The notes below the pieces were generated by a model. It was given only the letters and a program-made list of their open reading frames with translations. It was not told where the DNA came from and searched no databases. Shown piece after piece: positions 29,565 through 39,700 of a stretch of 64,000 nucleotides of DNA (positions are counted from its first letter, which is position 1; every line of letters begins with the position of its first letter). The stretch spans positions 32,001 through 96,000 of the IMG/VR virus record IMGVR_UViG_3300035698_025127; one strand, given 5' to 3'. The DNA is from a virus. The position numbers were made by a program, and so were the translations under genes.

Positions 29565-29921
29565 ATGGGATTTTTAACAGGCTGGAATTTTGCAGCATTA
29601 TTGATTACTGGCTCATTTATTTTTGGCATTATGGCCAAGCTAAAAATGGTCTTTCCGGCCTTTTTTAAGAGACCTCTTGTAAATAGGTTCAAACCTACGT
29701 ACGCTATTATAGCGGGAGTAGTTATTTGTCTATTACCCGGAATATTGGAAGGCGAACTTCCGATACCGTTAAAAATATTCTTAGGTGCGAATGCCGGTTT
29801 ATATTCGCACTTCTTTAACTCTGTTCTCAGAAAATTCATTCGTAATCAGGTCGCAACCAATTATATTAAGGCCAATGATTACAATGAAAATGAAGAAGAT
29901 TTTATTTCTTCGCGAGAATAG
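29565..29921 (+). CDS. Small multi-TM membrane protein (holin-like topology)
   Basis: AGGAG RBS; 3 hydrophobic segments with charged C-terminus. Confidence 0.65.
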   Translation: MGFLTGWNFAALLITGSFIFGIMAKLKMVFPAFFKRPLVNRFKPTYAIIAGVVICLLPGILEGELPIPLKIFLGANAGLYSHFFNSVLRKFIRNQVATNYIKANDYNENEEDFISSRE

Positions 29922-30054
29922 TACGTTAAGATATAGAAATCCACTGTATGGATGATACTTGGGAACCAAAAACTGTTTGCCGAATGGCTTAACTTGTAAC
30001 AATGTCTTGATACTTTTCATCCGGGTATCATGTAAAGAAAGAAAGAGAAACGAA

Positions 30055-31122
30055 ATGACTCATGGCGTAGATATCAAAAAATTACTTGCAAACGCGGAAA
30101 ACATGAAAAATGGCGGCGGGTTTAATAGTAATTTTTGGAGCCCTAAAGAGGCCAAAACAACTATTAGAATTATCCCGCCTAATCCTGAAATTCAAGGTAT
30201 GCTCCCGGGCGTGTTCTTTGTAAAACACAATGAACATAATATCAATGGCCAACGTATTGGTTGTGCTGCCGAAATTCTTCAGGAAGATTGTCCTATTTGC
30301 ACGAAACGAATCGAAATTTACCGCGAACGTAAAGGCAATCCTGCAAGCTGTACCCCCGAGAGAGAGCAGTTTCTCGCTGCAACTCACAGTTCAAGACGTT
30401 TTCTTGCCTTAGTTATTGTTAAAGGCGAAGAAGACAAGGGTGTACAAATTTGGAGTTTCGGCAAGAAAATGTTAGACAAGTTGCTTTCATTTTATGTTGA
30501 TTTCTGTGCTGATGGCGATGATGAATTGTCAGACATGGACAATGGTCGTGATATTATTATCAACAAGACGATTATTCATACTGAAAACGGAAATTTCCCC
30601 AACTATGATAATTCCATTCCGTCTCCGAAATTAACGGCAGCCGGCACCCCCGAAATGATTGCAAAATGGTGGACAGAACAACCTAAATTGTTAGAAATTG
30701 CTTCTGCAAACATTAAGTCCTATTCTGAAGTTGCGCAGATTGCAGAACAACTCATGGAATCATTTGAGAGAAAGGCCCCACAAGCTCCACAAACGCCTCA
30801 GGCGTTACAGAGCTATGCTGCCCCTACCGCTAGTACTCCTGGCACCCCGCAATCAACTGTGGGCGGCCCCCCGGAACTTAGTATTGCTGGTGTACTGGGT
30901 GAGATTGATCTATCTAGCCCCGAAGCACTCATTGCTTTTCAGGGATGGCAAAAAAATGGCAATAACGATTTACAGTTATTGTTAGAAGTTGCCAATTCTT
31001 ATCCTAAACCTGGTACAACAGCCGCAGCAGCGCCTCAAAAGCCAGCGGAAAAAGTACAGACAGAAATTTATGATGATCCCGAAGCATTGTTAGCTAAAAT
31101 TCAAAACGAATTAGATGAATAA
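30055..31122 (+). CDS. Single-stranded DNA-binding protein, gp32-like
   Basis: FW.P.....IRIIPP, H....C...CPIC Zn site, VQIWSFGKK..DKL, GRDIII, NYD.S, acidic tail. Confidence 0.88.
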   Translation: MTHGVDIKKLLANAENMKNGGGFNSNFWSPKEAKTTIRIIPPNPEIQGMLPGVFFVKHNEHNINGQRIGCAAEILQEDCPICTKRIEIYRERKGNPASCTPEREQFLAATHSSRRFLALVIVKGEEDKGVQIWSFGKKMLDKLLSFYVDFCADGDDELSDMDNGRDIIINKTIIHTENGNFPNYDNSIPSPKLTAAGTPEMIAKWWTEQPKLLEIASANIKSYSEVAQIAEQLMESFERKAPQAPQTPQALQSYAAPTASTPGTPQSTVGGPPELSIAGVLGEIDLSSPEALIAFQGWQKNGNNDLQLLLEVANSYPKPGTTAAAAPQKPAEKVQTEIYDDPEALLAKIQNELDE

Positions 31123-31135
31123 TAAGTAAGGGAGA

Positions 31136-31166
31136 AAAGGGAGGGGTAATTCCCTCCCTTTGTTTC
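31136..31166 (+). terminator. Intrinsic terminator
   Basis: AAAGGGAGGG-gtaatt-CCCTCCCTTT then GTTT. Confidence 0.75.
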
Positions 31167-31170
31167 TATT

Positions 31171-31563
31171 ATGCCAAAAAGATATTTTCAAAAATTTGCA
31201 AAGTATTATGGTAGTTTTAGAGGCGCTTACAATATAAGAAGGTCAATTACAGCTGACTTTGCCAGTGCATTCAATTTAACGCACGGCAAAGCACAGGAAA
31301 TGGTTGACTTTTTTGTTGATAAGTTGTTATCTAATCTCTATAATGGCGTTAGAATCAGGTTTGATGATGTTTTTGTTATTTATCTGGAACCATATCATAG
31401 TTATATACACAAATTCTATAATTTTCAGATCAAACAAAATGACGAGGCACATAAACCATCGCACTGGGGACTAAAGATTCACTTATCGAAACCCGGGTTC
31501 AAAAAAATTAACGATTCTATGGGCATACCAGATGAACGTGATTTTAGAAGTCCGAACGAATAG
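31171..31563 (+). CDS. Divergent HU/IHF-like DNA-binding protein
   Basis: I.A.FA....LT...AQEMVDFFVD.L...L.NG.RI.F pattern follows HU helices and first strand. Confidence 0.5.
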   Translation: MPKRYFQKFAKYYGSFRGAYNIRRSITADFASAFNLTHGKAQEMVDFFVDKLLSNLYNGVRIRFDDVFVIYLEPYHSYIHKFYNFQIKQNDEAHKPSHWGLKIHLSKPGFKKINDSMGIPDERDFRSPNE

Positions 31564-31571
31564 AGGCGCTT

Positions 31572-32852
31572 ATGGTAAAAAAAGTAACTAAAGCTGGAAA
31601 AAAAACAAAAACCCCGGTTAACAGAGTAACTGTAAATTCCAGTAATGTACTGGAAGAAGTAATGGGGCTAATAAGTAAGGACTATTCTTTTGCGTCTGTC
31701 AATGAAGAAGAAAAAACAAATTATTTGCCAACGGGCAATTCAGCTATTGATTTTGTTTTAACAAATAAATTAACTGGCGGTGGCTGGCCTATTGGCAAGA
31801 TTACTGAATTATCTGGCAATAATGCTACTGGCAAGTCTTTGCTGGGGTTATTAGCACTTATTTCTACTATGAATGGTGCTATTAAAGACGAAGACGGTAA
31901 TCCGCAACCAGGCATTAGCGTTTTGATTGATACTGAACGGGCATATAATGCAGAATTCTTTGAGTTATTAGGCGGAGACCATTCAAAATTAGTTTTGGCA
32001 ACCCCCGAAACCGCTGAAGAAGTATATGATTTTGTTAAGAATTTCATTGAAATTACAAGAAAAAAAACAGATGTTCCCATTACATTTGTATTTGACTCTC
32101 TTGCTGGTACCCCAACTGCTAGCGAATTGGAACGTGGCATATCAAGCGGTGAGCGAATGGGTATGCGTGGCATGATTCATGGCCGCGGTATTCGACTTAT
32201 TAAGGATTTAATTGCAGATGAAAACATTACGTTTATTGTAATTAATCAGCTTAGAAAAACGTTTGCTATGTACGGCGATCCTGAAGATACAGTCGGCGGG
32301 GAAGCTATGAAATATCACGCTTCAATGCGATGTCGCCTGAAAAAGGGCTATAAAATTTCGACCAAGAAAGGCAAAGTTGAAGCCGGGGCAAAAGGTGTCA
32401 ACCTGCGTGATATTGTTGGCATTCAGGGCAGGTTTGTAATACAAAAATCACGATTTACGCGACCATTTAGAGAAGTAACTTTTGACATTTTCTATCGTGG
32501 CGGTTTATCTCCGGTGTCAGGACTGTACGATGTACTTACAGACTTCTATAAAGATACAAACGGTACAATTGAACCATCAACTGAATGGACTGGCAATAAA
32601 CCGGGACATTGGAAATATAATGTAGATGCCGAGACTGTTATACCGTTCAAAAAGAGCAATTTTGAAGCTATGCTTAGAGAAAATCTTCACCTTATTGCAC
32701 CATATAACTTTGAAATTGTTGACCATGTATTACCGATAGACGAAGTTGAAGTGGAAAACGGCATCGACGATCAAATTAAAAATGGTGATGATATTGACGA
32801 TGATGATCTTGCCAATCTTATCGCACAGCCATTAGAAGACGAAGAGGAATAA
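31572..32852 (+). CDS. uvsX: RecA/UvsX recombinase
   Basis: PTG..AID.VL...GGWP.GKITELSG...TGKS, IDTE, VFDSLA, INQLR..F.MYGDPE.TVGG.AMKYHAS.R. Confidence 0.95.
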   Translation: MVKKVTKAGKKTKTPVNRVTVNSSNVLEEVMGLISKDYSFASVNEEEKTNYLPTGNSAIDFVLTNKLTGGGWPIGKITELSGNNATGKSLLGLLALISTMNGAIKDEDGNPQPGISVLIDTERAYNAEFFELLGGDHSKLVLATPETAEEVYDFVKNFIEITRKKTDVPITFVFDSLAGTPTASELERGISSGERMGMRGMIHGRGIRLIKDLIADENITFIVINQLRKTFAMYGDPEDTVGGEAMKYHASMRCRLKKGYKISTKKGKVEAGAKGVNLRDIVGIQGRFVIQKSRFTRPFREVTFDIFYRGGLSPVSGLYDVLTDFYKDTNGTIEPSTEWTGNKPGHWKYNVDAETVIPFKKSNFEAMLRENLHLIAPYNFEIVDHVLPIDEVEVENGIDDQIKNGDDIDDDDLANLIAQPLEDEEE

Positions 32853-34423
32853 TGTCAGTTTGTTATATTGTAATAACGAATGTATATAGTATGTTTGTAG
32901 GGCCGGGCTTTCGCCCGGCCCTACGCGGTCAAGACTTAGTTGTCAATGGCTATTTACCATCTAAAGTATATAGTGCATTTCGTATTAAAAATCCTAATGC
33001 AACGTTTGTAAATGCTGCCCTAGGCCACGGAATGGGTACATATAAAGACTTTATCAGTCGGAAGACAGGAAGGTTTGGTACTGGTCTTTTTGATGACGTT
33101 TTGGCAGTTGCAACTCAGCTCGGTATTAAAGTCGAAGTCAAAGACATGCGTGATGACTTGCCAGTTGAAATGGAAATTAACGAGAATATGTTTGAAAACA
33201 TAACATTGCGTGATTACCAAGTTGATGCCATTAAAAAATGCGCACAGTATCAGAACGGATTTATTCGCAAACCTACTGGTGGTGGTAAAACTGTCGATCT
33301 TGCTGCATTTGCACTAGCGTTTCAAAATAGAGTGGACGGCAAGCCTGCTAAAATACTGTATCTTATGGACCGTGTTGGTCTTGCAAGGCAGACGGTAAAA
33401 CGTTTTATTGAATACGGCATTAAAAAAAGCGATATAACACTGATTACAGGTAAGGGCAAGACAGAAAAGAATCCAAGTCCATATGAATGGAATGAGACAA
33501 GTCTTGCTAATAAGAGAATTGTAATTGCAATCTGGCAGAACCATGAGGCCTTATTGCCGCATATGTGGCAGTTTGATGCAGTCTTTGTTGACGAATCCCA
33601 TCATAGTCGTGGTAAAGTTATGCAGAAAATGCTGAAAAAGGCTATTAACGCCCGCGTACGTATAGGTGTGAGCGGTACGCCATTTACTGGTGAACTTATT
33701 GACGATTTACAACGCAAGTCGATGTTTGGTTCAATTATTTACGAACTTGAAACAAAAGAACTTATTGATAGAGAATTTTTAGTAAAGCCAATTATTAGAT
33801 TTTTCCAGATTGCAAGAAACGACAGATACATGAATATCGCAAATGGTTGGCCTGAAATTTATGATGCCGGTGTTATTTCGTTTGATTATAGGAATCATTT
33901 GATTGCAGAAATGGCAAAAGGTCTTGAAGGTAAGACTCTAATTTTGTTTAAGAATTATGACCACGGCAATTTAATCATGGATAAACTTGGCATTAAAGAT
34001 TTAGAAATTAACAATAAGTTTAATTTATATAAGACATTTCATAAGTCAAGAAATGGTAAAACCCTCGTAAAAGACTTATTTTATGTTGATGGTAGGTTTG
34101 ACCCATCAGTAAGAGAAAAGGCCTTGGACGCATTTAGAAAAACTGATAATGCGATTATTGTTGCATCCGGAATTTTTGACGAAGGAATTGATTTTCCCGG
34201 AATTAACAGCTTAGTTATTGCAAGTGGAGGAAAGTCATTTGTTAAGACGATTCAAAAACTGGGTAGGGCATTGCGTCCTAATAATAGCGGTCTTGTGCAT
34301 GTTTTTGATTTCATGGACATGTCGCATCGTATTCTCCGTAAACATTCGGATTCTCGCCTTGGAATATGGCAAAAAGAAGGACATAAAATCGAAATTGTAA
34401 AAATTACAAATAAAGATGATTAA
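32852..34423 (+). CDS. uvsW: SF2 DNA helicase, UvsW-like
   Basis: LRDYQ..A, PTGGGKT, VDESHH, SGTP, GIFDEGID, IQKLGRALR. Confidence 0.9.
   Translation: MSVCYIVITNVYSMFVGPGFRPALRGQDLVVNGYLPSKVYSAFRIKNPNATFVNAALGHGMGTYKDFISRKTGRFGTGLFDDVLAVATQLGIKVEVKDMRDDLPVEMEINENMFENITLRDYQVDAIKKCAQYQNGFIRKPTGGGKTVDLAAFALAFQNRVDGKPAKILYLMDRVGLARQTVKRFIEYGIKKSDITLITGKGKTEKNPSPYEWNETSLANKRIVIAIWQNHEALLPHMWQFDAVFVDESHHSRGKVMQKMLKKAINARVRIGVSGTPFTGELIDDLQRKSMFGSIIYELETKELIDREFLVKPIIRFFQIARNDRYMNIANGWPEIYDAGVISFDYRNHLIAEMAKGLEGKTLILFKNYDHGNLIMDKLGIKDLEINNKFNLYKTFHKSRNGKTLVKDLFYVDGRFDPSVREKALDAFRKTDNAIIVASGIFDEGIDFPGINSLVIASGGKSFVKTIQKLGRALRPNNSGLVHVFDFMDMSHRILRKHSDSRLGIWQKEGHKIEIVKITNKDD
32897..32924 (+). other. 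Perfect 12-bp GC-rich hairpin inside 5' end of uvsW
   Basis: GTAGGGCCGGGC-tttc-GCCCGGCCCTAC. Confidence 0.8.
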
Positions 34424-34462
34424 AATGAAAACAAACAACAAACTTGATAACAAGGAATAATA

Positions 34463-35176
34463 TTGGCAACTTTGGTAGAAGTCGCAAAAGAATGGGATTT
34501 TGATGCAATGGATATTAGAATCTATGATGCATCGTTGGCGTTATCTGCAATAGAATTCGAATATACAGAACGTTATTCTATGCATTTATCATATTCAACT
34601 GATCCAAGACACCATGCAAACTGGAAGTTTTTCAAGTCGGCATGTTTACTTGCTAATAACTTGGGTGTATCTGTTGATAGATATTTAAGGGTAATTTTCT
34701 ATCGCGTTTCAGATGACGATTCAGACTGGACTATCTTCCCGAGTATGATTGCCAGTTTGTGGGCTGTAAACCGCCTCACAGCCTTCAATGAGTATGTACC
34801 TTGGGTTGTATCGTCGGAACGCAAGTCGTTGCAGGACCTAGACCTTATTGTAGCTAGCAAGTATGCCATTGACAGAATGATGAAGCGTGAAAATAGTAGT
34901 TGGAATTATCCGGAGCACTTCGAGTTATTTCTTAAATCTAATAAAGACCCGGTCCACCCTATTTTTACACAAATAATGTTTAACGTTATATCGCAGAAAT
35001 TTTTATCGGTTTCAAAGACATTTAACGAATGGTCGTTAAAACTTCCAGCGGATATCGTACGTGAATATATTGATACTACTAAACTAGAGAAATTACGACT
35101 CGAGTTATTGATAAATTCGAGTATTCGAACCGCCTTACAAGAGGCATTAACCACGGACCTATTAGGAGAATTTTAA
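34463..35176 (+). CDS. Hypothetical protein (TTG start)
   Basis: AAGGA RBS, 237 aa. Confidence 0.75.
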   Translation: MATLVEVAKEWDFDAMDIRIYDASLALSAIEFEYTERYSMHLSYSTDPRHHANWKFFKSACLLANNLGVSVDRYLRVIFYRVSDDDSDWTIFPSMIASLWAVNRLTAFNEYVPWVVSSERKSLQDLDLIVASKYAIDRMMKRENSSWNYPEHFELFLKSNKDPVHPIFTQIMFNVISQKFLSVSKTFNEWSLKLPADIVREYIDTTKLEKLRLELLINSSIRTALQEALTTDLLGEF

Positions 35177-35177
35177 C

Positions 35178-35588
35178 ATGAGTGATGAGAAACTGAACAA
35201 AGACGTTAACGAAGCAACCAAAGACCTGAACACCGAATCAACTGAGAAAATGAAAAAAGCTGTTACCATTATTGAGGACGCACTTCATGGTACTCCGTAT
35301 GTCTTGGTTACAATGAGTGGCGTTACTGCCCGTAGCGCCGGACATTCCATTTTGGATCAAGCATTTATGTGCAAAATGGCAAGCGAAATGATGGAATATC
35401 AAGCAAAGAATGGCTTTGCACAAATGGGATTTTTCGGTCCACCACCACAGCAACAAGGTGAAATGACTGCCGAAATTCAAGAAGCTCTTGAAAAGGCACA
35501 GCGCGAAGTTGCCGAAGAAGCTACTGAAACTGCACCTAAAGAAACAAAAGCAACTTTGAAACTGGTAGAAGCAAAAGACAGCGAATAA
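35178..35588 (+). CDS. Hypothetical protein
   Basis: AGGAG RBS. Confidence 0.75.
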   Translation: MSDEKLNKDVNEATKDLNTESTEKMKKAVTIIEDALHGTPYVLVTMSGVTARSAGHSILDQAFMCKMASEMMEYQAKNGFAQMGFFGPPPQQQGEMTAEIQEALEKAQREVAEEATETAPKETKATLKLVEAKDSE

Positions 35589-35595
35589 CTAATGT

Positions 35596-35625
35596 GGGGT
35601 ATGCCTTTGGGCATATCCCCTTTTT
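35596..35625 (+). terminator. Intrinsic terminator
   Basis: GGGGTATGCC-tttg-GGCATATCCC C TTTTT. Confidence 0.8.
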
Positions 35626-35636
35626 AAGGACTTATT

Positions 35637-35957
35637 ATGGTAGAAGAACAAGATATTTACAGAAAATTAGGTATTCCGGCAAAAGCTGTAAGGCGCGCTA
35701 TGCTTGATTCCGAGAAATTATCTATTGATAATAGACAGTTTTTTGCAGAACATAGATTTTTTTCTACAAAAGAACTTTGTAAAATGTTTGATATTTCAAA
35801 AAAAGAAGTAAAACAGTCAAGGTTATTTTACAAAATTCCACCTGTCAAAATGGGCAAATCATTAAAAGCTATTTTCGTTTATATCGGGGATGATGGTGGT
35901 TATGTGCCAAAAGATGAGTTGGGTTACTCAAATATTTTAGAGAAGGGCAAGAAATAA
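35637..35957 (+). CDS. Hypothetical protein, possible HTH
   Basis: FFSTKELCKMFDISKKEV resembles an HTH. Confidence 0.65.
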   Translation: MVEEQDIYRKLGIPAKAVRRAMLDSEKLSIDNRQFFAEHRFFSTKELCKMFDISKKEVKQSRLFYKIPPVKMGKSLKAIFVYIGDDGGYVPKDELGYSNILEKGKK

Positions 35958-36775
35958 TGTCAAAATCAGAATTTATCCCGGGCGCGGGAATGCTATCGGG
36001 GCCAAAGGTGACGCCCCTTACTGACGTTACAAAACAAAAGGCAGCTGACGCCTATGAAGTTCGTGAATTTATGAAACGTGCCGATACTCTGGGAATTGAC
36101 CCATTAAAACTTGTTGTCGACATGATTGAGGCAAAAAATACAACATATCCGAAAGCCTATGAGACATACCTGATTGAAAAGGGTATGCTCACAGAAAATC
36201 GGGAACTTACCGATCATGGTAGACGAACACTTGAATTCCATGGGACCGTTTTGCCTGCAACAGGTGAAGGCATTCCCATTACTAGAGAGCCGGAAAATCC
36301 AGAGCTTACAGCTGCATACAAAAAAATGTCTGAAGATTATTTTGATGATAGCACTGTACGCGTCAATGAAGATACGCCTTCGATTTTTAGTCACAATACA
36401 GAAAATATTTTCCTGTGGGAACAGTTTATTTCGTTTTATCTTGATATTCATAAAAACTTATTATCAGATAGAACATCAGAATCTTCTAAGATTAGACAGA
36501 ATATTATTGGTAAGCTAGCAAGATTTAAACTAGATGTTGAAAAGTATGGCGAAAATTATTTGAAGGAATTGGTGCTTAGATATCAAACTCACAATATATT
36601 TTTGCACAACAGATATCTATTAGGCTATTCTGACCATCAGATTAGTGAAAAGATGAAACAACTGAAAAGCGATATCGGTAGTATGACAGAATGGGTACAA
36701 ACTAAAAAAGTTGAAGATACACCAATTAAAAAAGTCAAAAAGCCAAGCAGACCGAAAAAAGCAAAGGCTAAATAA
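35957..36775 (+). CDS. Hypothetical protein
   Basis: 272 aa, TAATG coupling. Confidence 0.75.
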   Translation: MSKSEFIPGAGMLSGPKVTPLTDVTKQKAADAYEVREFMKRADTLGIDPLKLVVDMIEAKNTTYPKAYETYLIEKGMLTENRELTDHGRRTLEFHGTVLPATGEGIPITREPENPELTAAYKKMSEDYFDDSTVRVNEDTPSIFSHNTENIFLWEQFISFYLDIHKNLLSDRTSESSKIRQNIIGKLARFKLDVEKYGENYLKELVLRYQTHNIFLHNRYLLGYSDHQISEKMKQLKSDIGSMTEWVQTKKVEDTPIKKVKKPSRPKKAKAK

Positions 36776-37515
36776 TGGAATTTCCAAAGAAACGAGATCC
36801 ATTCTTTTCAATGACAAAGTTTACAACCTTTGAAAGTTGTGGGTATAAATATGCCTTTCAGTACAGGAAGCGCATTCCCCAACCCGCAAACAAGTATTTA
36901 ATCGCTGGTATTGCAGTCCATGAAGCCCTAGAATGGGCCCTGAAGGAGTTTAACGACGGTGTTAAACATACGACTAAGGAAATTATGTTAAAAGCCCTTC
37001 AGCACGCTTCTCCGAGACTTCCAGAATTAATTGTGGAATCCCATAAACAGGACATTGTAGATATTATTTCAAAATCACTTCTACAATACGATGCATATAA
37101 GTTATTCAAACCCGATATGATACCTGAATCAACATTGCGACTAGAATACAACGATATTCCACTTGTGATGAAAGCAGACATTATTTATCAACCTGAAGGT
37201 TCTAAAAATCTTCTTATTGGAGATTACAAAACCAGTTCTGCCTTTCACAAGAAAGACGTCATTTTTCAAGCGTCTCTATATCATCATAGCGTTAAGCAAT
37301 TGATGCCAAAATCTAACCCGACTTTTGCGGCAATTATGTTAAAGTTAAACAAAATTTATACAGTAGATCCGTGGCCAGAAGATAAGTTCTGGGGATATGT
37401 AACGCGCTTGACGGAAGAAATTCGCAAAGAAGACTGGAAGCCGAATACAAAAAGCTGTTTTGCCTTTAATTCGCCATGTCCATTTTCAAAAAGGTGTCCG
37501 TACTTTAGAAGCTAA
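36775..37515 (+). CDS. PD-(D/E)XK exonuclease, Cas4/RecB-like
   Basis: S......F..C..KY..Y, G.AVHEALE, KAD...IGDYKT, Q..LY, C-terminal C......CPF...C. Confidence 0.85.
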   Translation: MEFPKKRDPFFSMTKFTTFESCGYKYAFQYRKRIPQPANKYLIAGIAVHEALEWALKEFNDGVKHTTKEIMLKALQHASPRLPELIVESHKQDIVDIISKSLLQYDAYKLFKPDMIPESTLRLEYNDIPLVMKADIIYQPEGSKNLLIGDYKTSSAFHKKDVIFQASLYHHSVKQLMPKSNPTFAAIMLKLNKIYTVDPWPEDKFWGYVTRLTEEIRKEDWKPNTKSCFAFNSPCPFSKRCPYFRS

Positions 37516-37532
37516 TGATATAGACTATAATT

Positions 37533-38378
37533 ATGGGTAGTCGAGGAAACCCGGCTGCCCATTTTTCTTATAGTAAAGGTGAAAAAAATTTGCACTATCA
37601 TAACGAGAAATATGGTATTACGTTATATTGTGGAAAATGCGAGGATATAGCCCCGCAATTTGACGCAAACAGTATTGATACAATAATAACGGACCCGCCT
37701 TATGGCACAACTGCATGTTCGTGGGATTCTATTATTTCGTTTGAAGAAATGTGGAGTTTTATTAACAAGGTAAAAAAAGACAATTCCCCAATTATATTAA
37801 CGGCAAGTCAACCATTTACGTCAAGTTTAATTGCTTCAAATTATAGTCAATTCAAATGTTGCTGGACTTGGGTTAAAACTAATTGCGGCAACTATATGAT
37901 GGCTAAGTATGTACCATTAAAATACACTGAAGATATAATTGTATTTAGTGATGGCGGTACAAATACTAATTGTACTATCCCTATGAAATACAATCCACAG
38001 GGGTTAAGGCGCATTGATAAGAATATCAAAAGTATTCCGGTCAAAGCCGAAGGTATTAATAGATATAACAGACTTGACCAGGCACGCGTACAGAAATTTA
38101 CAAATTACCCTAAGAATATACTATATTTCGATTCGGTTAAAACTCCTGTTCACCCAACCCAAAAACCAACTACATTAATGGATTATTTAGTAAATACTTA
38201 TTCTGATCTTGGTGATACAATTTTGGATTTTACAATGGGTTCTGGGACTACCGGTGTAGCTTGTATTAATACCGGTAGAAAATTTATAGGAATTGAAATG
38301 GACGAGAAATACTTTAAAATTGCAGTTAAAAGGATTGAAACTGCAATTGAAGAAGTTGAATTAGACATGTTTAGATAG
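37533..38378 (+). CDS. DNA amino-methyltransferase (N6A/N4C, beta class)
   Basis: TDPPYG, HPTQKP, ILDFTMGSGTTGVAC, FIGIE. Confidence 0.93.
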   Translation: MGSRGNPAAHFSYSKGEKNLHYHNEKYGITLYCGKCEDIAPQFDANSIDTIITDPPYGTTACSWDSIISFEEMWSFINKVKKDNSPIILTASQPFTSSLIASNYSQFKCCWTWVKTNCGNYMMAKYVPLKYTEDIIVFSDGGTNTNCTIPMKYNPQGLRRIDKNIKSIPVKAEGINRYNRLDQARVQKFTNYPKNILYFDSVKTPVHPTQKPTTLMDYLVNTYSDLGDTILDFTMGSGTTGVACINTGRKFIGIEMDEKYFKIAVKRIETAIEEVELDMFR

Positions 38379-38386
38379 GAGACATT

Positions 38387-38986
38387 ATGAAAACGTGGAA
38401 AGACGGCGAGAGAAAAGTAGCAAAGTTATTAGAAGAATGGTGGGGCATTAAGTTTTATAGGTCACCAGAATCAGGTGGCATGGCAACTACAAGAGCAAAT
38501 TCTTTGCCAAAATCTATGGTACGAAATAGCATCGGCGACATTATCTGTGACCAGTTAGATCCAACACTTGACCCTGTTTATGGGTTTCCGTTTGCAGTCG
38601 AGGTAAAATGTTACAAACAGATATCTCTATATTCGCTTATGACGAAGCCAGACGTTACCTCTAAGCCACTTTTAGAGCAATTTTGGGACCAAGCTATAGA
38701 CCAAGCTAACAAAGCGCAACGTCAGCCGATTTTGATTTTCAAAGAAGACAGAAAGCCATTTTTCTGTGGCATTTATGCCGACCTGCTTTACAAGATTATT
38801 GAAGTTATGCCAGAGCAAACTGAAGACGTTTTGAATCACGTCATTTTTCACAAAGACATAGCATTAATGCAGTGGGCAAAGTTTTTTGAATATTTTCCAC
38901 GAGAATTCGTAGAAATTACAATCAAAAAATATCAATTAGCAGTACCTAACATTAACATAGAACAAAACCACGAGACACTGGTATAG
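38387..38986 (+). CDS. Holliday junction resolvase (phage PD-(D/E)XK type)
   Basis: GERKVAKLLEEWWG..F.RSPESGG, GDI, FPFAVEVK, FWDQA...A....QPILIFK. Confidence 0.75.
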   Translation: MKTWKDGERKVAKLLEEWWGIKFYRSPESGGMATTRANSLPKSMVRNSIGDIICDQLDPTLDPVYGFPFAVEVKCYKQISLYSLMTKPDVTSKPLLEQFWDQAIDQANKAQRQPILIFKEDRKPFFCGIYADLLYKIIEVMPEQTEDVLNHVIFHKDIALMQWAKFFEYFPREFVEITIKKYQLAVPNINIEQNHETLV

Positions 38987-38988
38987 AC

Positions 38989-39681
38989 ATGCAAAATAAA
39001 ATTATTTGTGCTGACTGTTTAGACATTATTCCGGGAATTGAAGACAAAAGTATAGATATTTTAATTACAGACCCGCCATACAAAATTTCAACACACGGCA
39101 ATGGTTTGGCAAAAGACCGCAAAGGGTGGGTAAATGATATTAGAAAAGACGGGATCGACGTATTTGATCCAATTCCATTTTTAGAGGCTATAAAGCCAAA
39201 ACTAAAGCTATTTCACGCATATATATTTACTTCAAAGAGTTTGCTAAGTACATATATAAATTGGATTGAAGAGCAGGGATATGGCTGGGATATGATTATT
39301 ATGGCAAAATCAAATCCTATTCCTGCAAAATCGAATAAGTATCTTAACGATAAAGAATATTGTTTGTTTATTCGTGAGCCAGGCGGGTGCTATTTCAACA
39401 ATAAGGCTGATTATAGTCTATATTATACCGTTAAACAAACTATATCCAAAAAACCTGAATATGGACATCCCACAGAAAAGCCATTACACATTATTGCAGA
39501 TTTTATCAAACTGTCTTCGCGCCCGGGCGATCTTGTGTTTGATCCGTATTTAGGCTCTGGTACAACTGCTGTTGCGTCTCTTTTACTACAAAGAAATTTT
39601 CTAGGCATAGAAAACAAATCTAAATATGTAAAAATTGCAAAAAAACGCATTGACGCGCATATAAACGATATGTTTATATAA
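38989..39681 (+). CDS. DNA amino-methyltransferase (N6A/N4C, beta class)
   Basis: DCLD, TDPPY, HPTEKP, VFDPYLGSGTTAVA, FLGIE. Confidence 0.93.
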   Translation: MQNKIICADCLDIIPGIEDKSIDILITDPPYKISTHGNGLAKDRKGWVNDIRKDGIDVFDPIPFLEAIKPKLKLFHAYIFTSKSLLSTYINWIEEQGYGWDMIIMAKSNPIPAKSNKYLNDKEYCLFIREPGGCYFNNKADYSLYYTVKQTISKKPEYGHPTEKPLHIIADFIKLSSRPGDLVFDPYLGSGTTAVASLLLQRNFLGIENKSKYVKIAKKRIDAHINDMFI

Positions 39682-39692
39682 GTTTTGTCAAT

Positions 39693-39700
39693 CGAAGATA
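39693..39700 (+). promoter_or_regulatory. Candidate late-promoter motif CGAAGATA
   Basis: Intergenic, precedes the head/tail gene block. Confidence 0.4.

Noticed and set aside
36775-37515. CRISPR-Cas locus
   Set aside because: Solo Cas4-like nuclease only; no repeat-spacer array or other cas genes seen.
37533-39681. Type II restriction-modification system (M-R-M)
   Set aside because: The middle gene has the motif set of phage Holliday junction resolvases rather than a REase.
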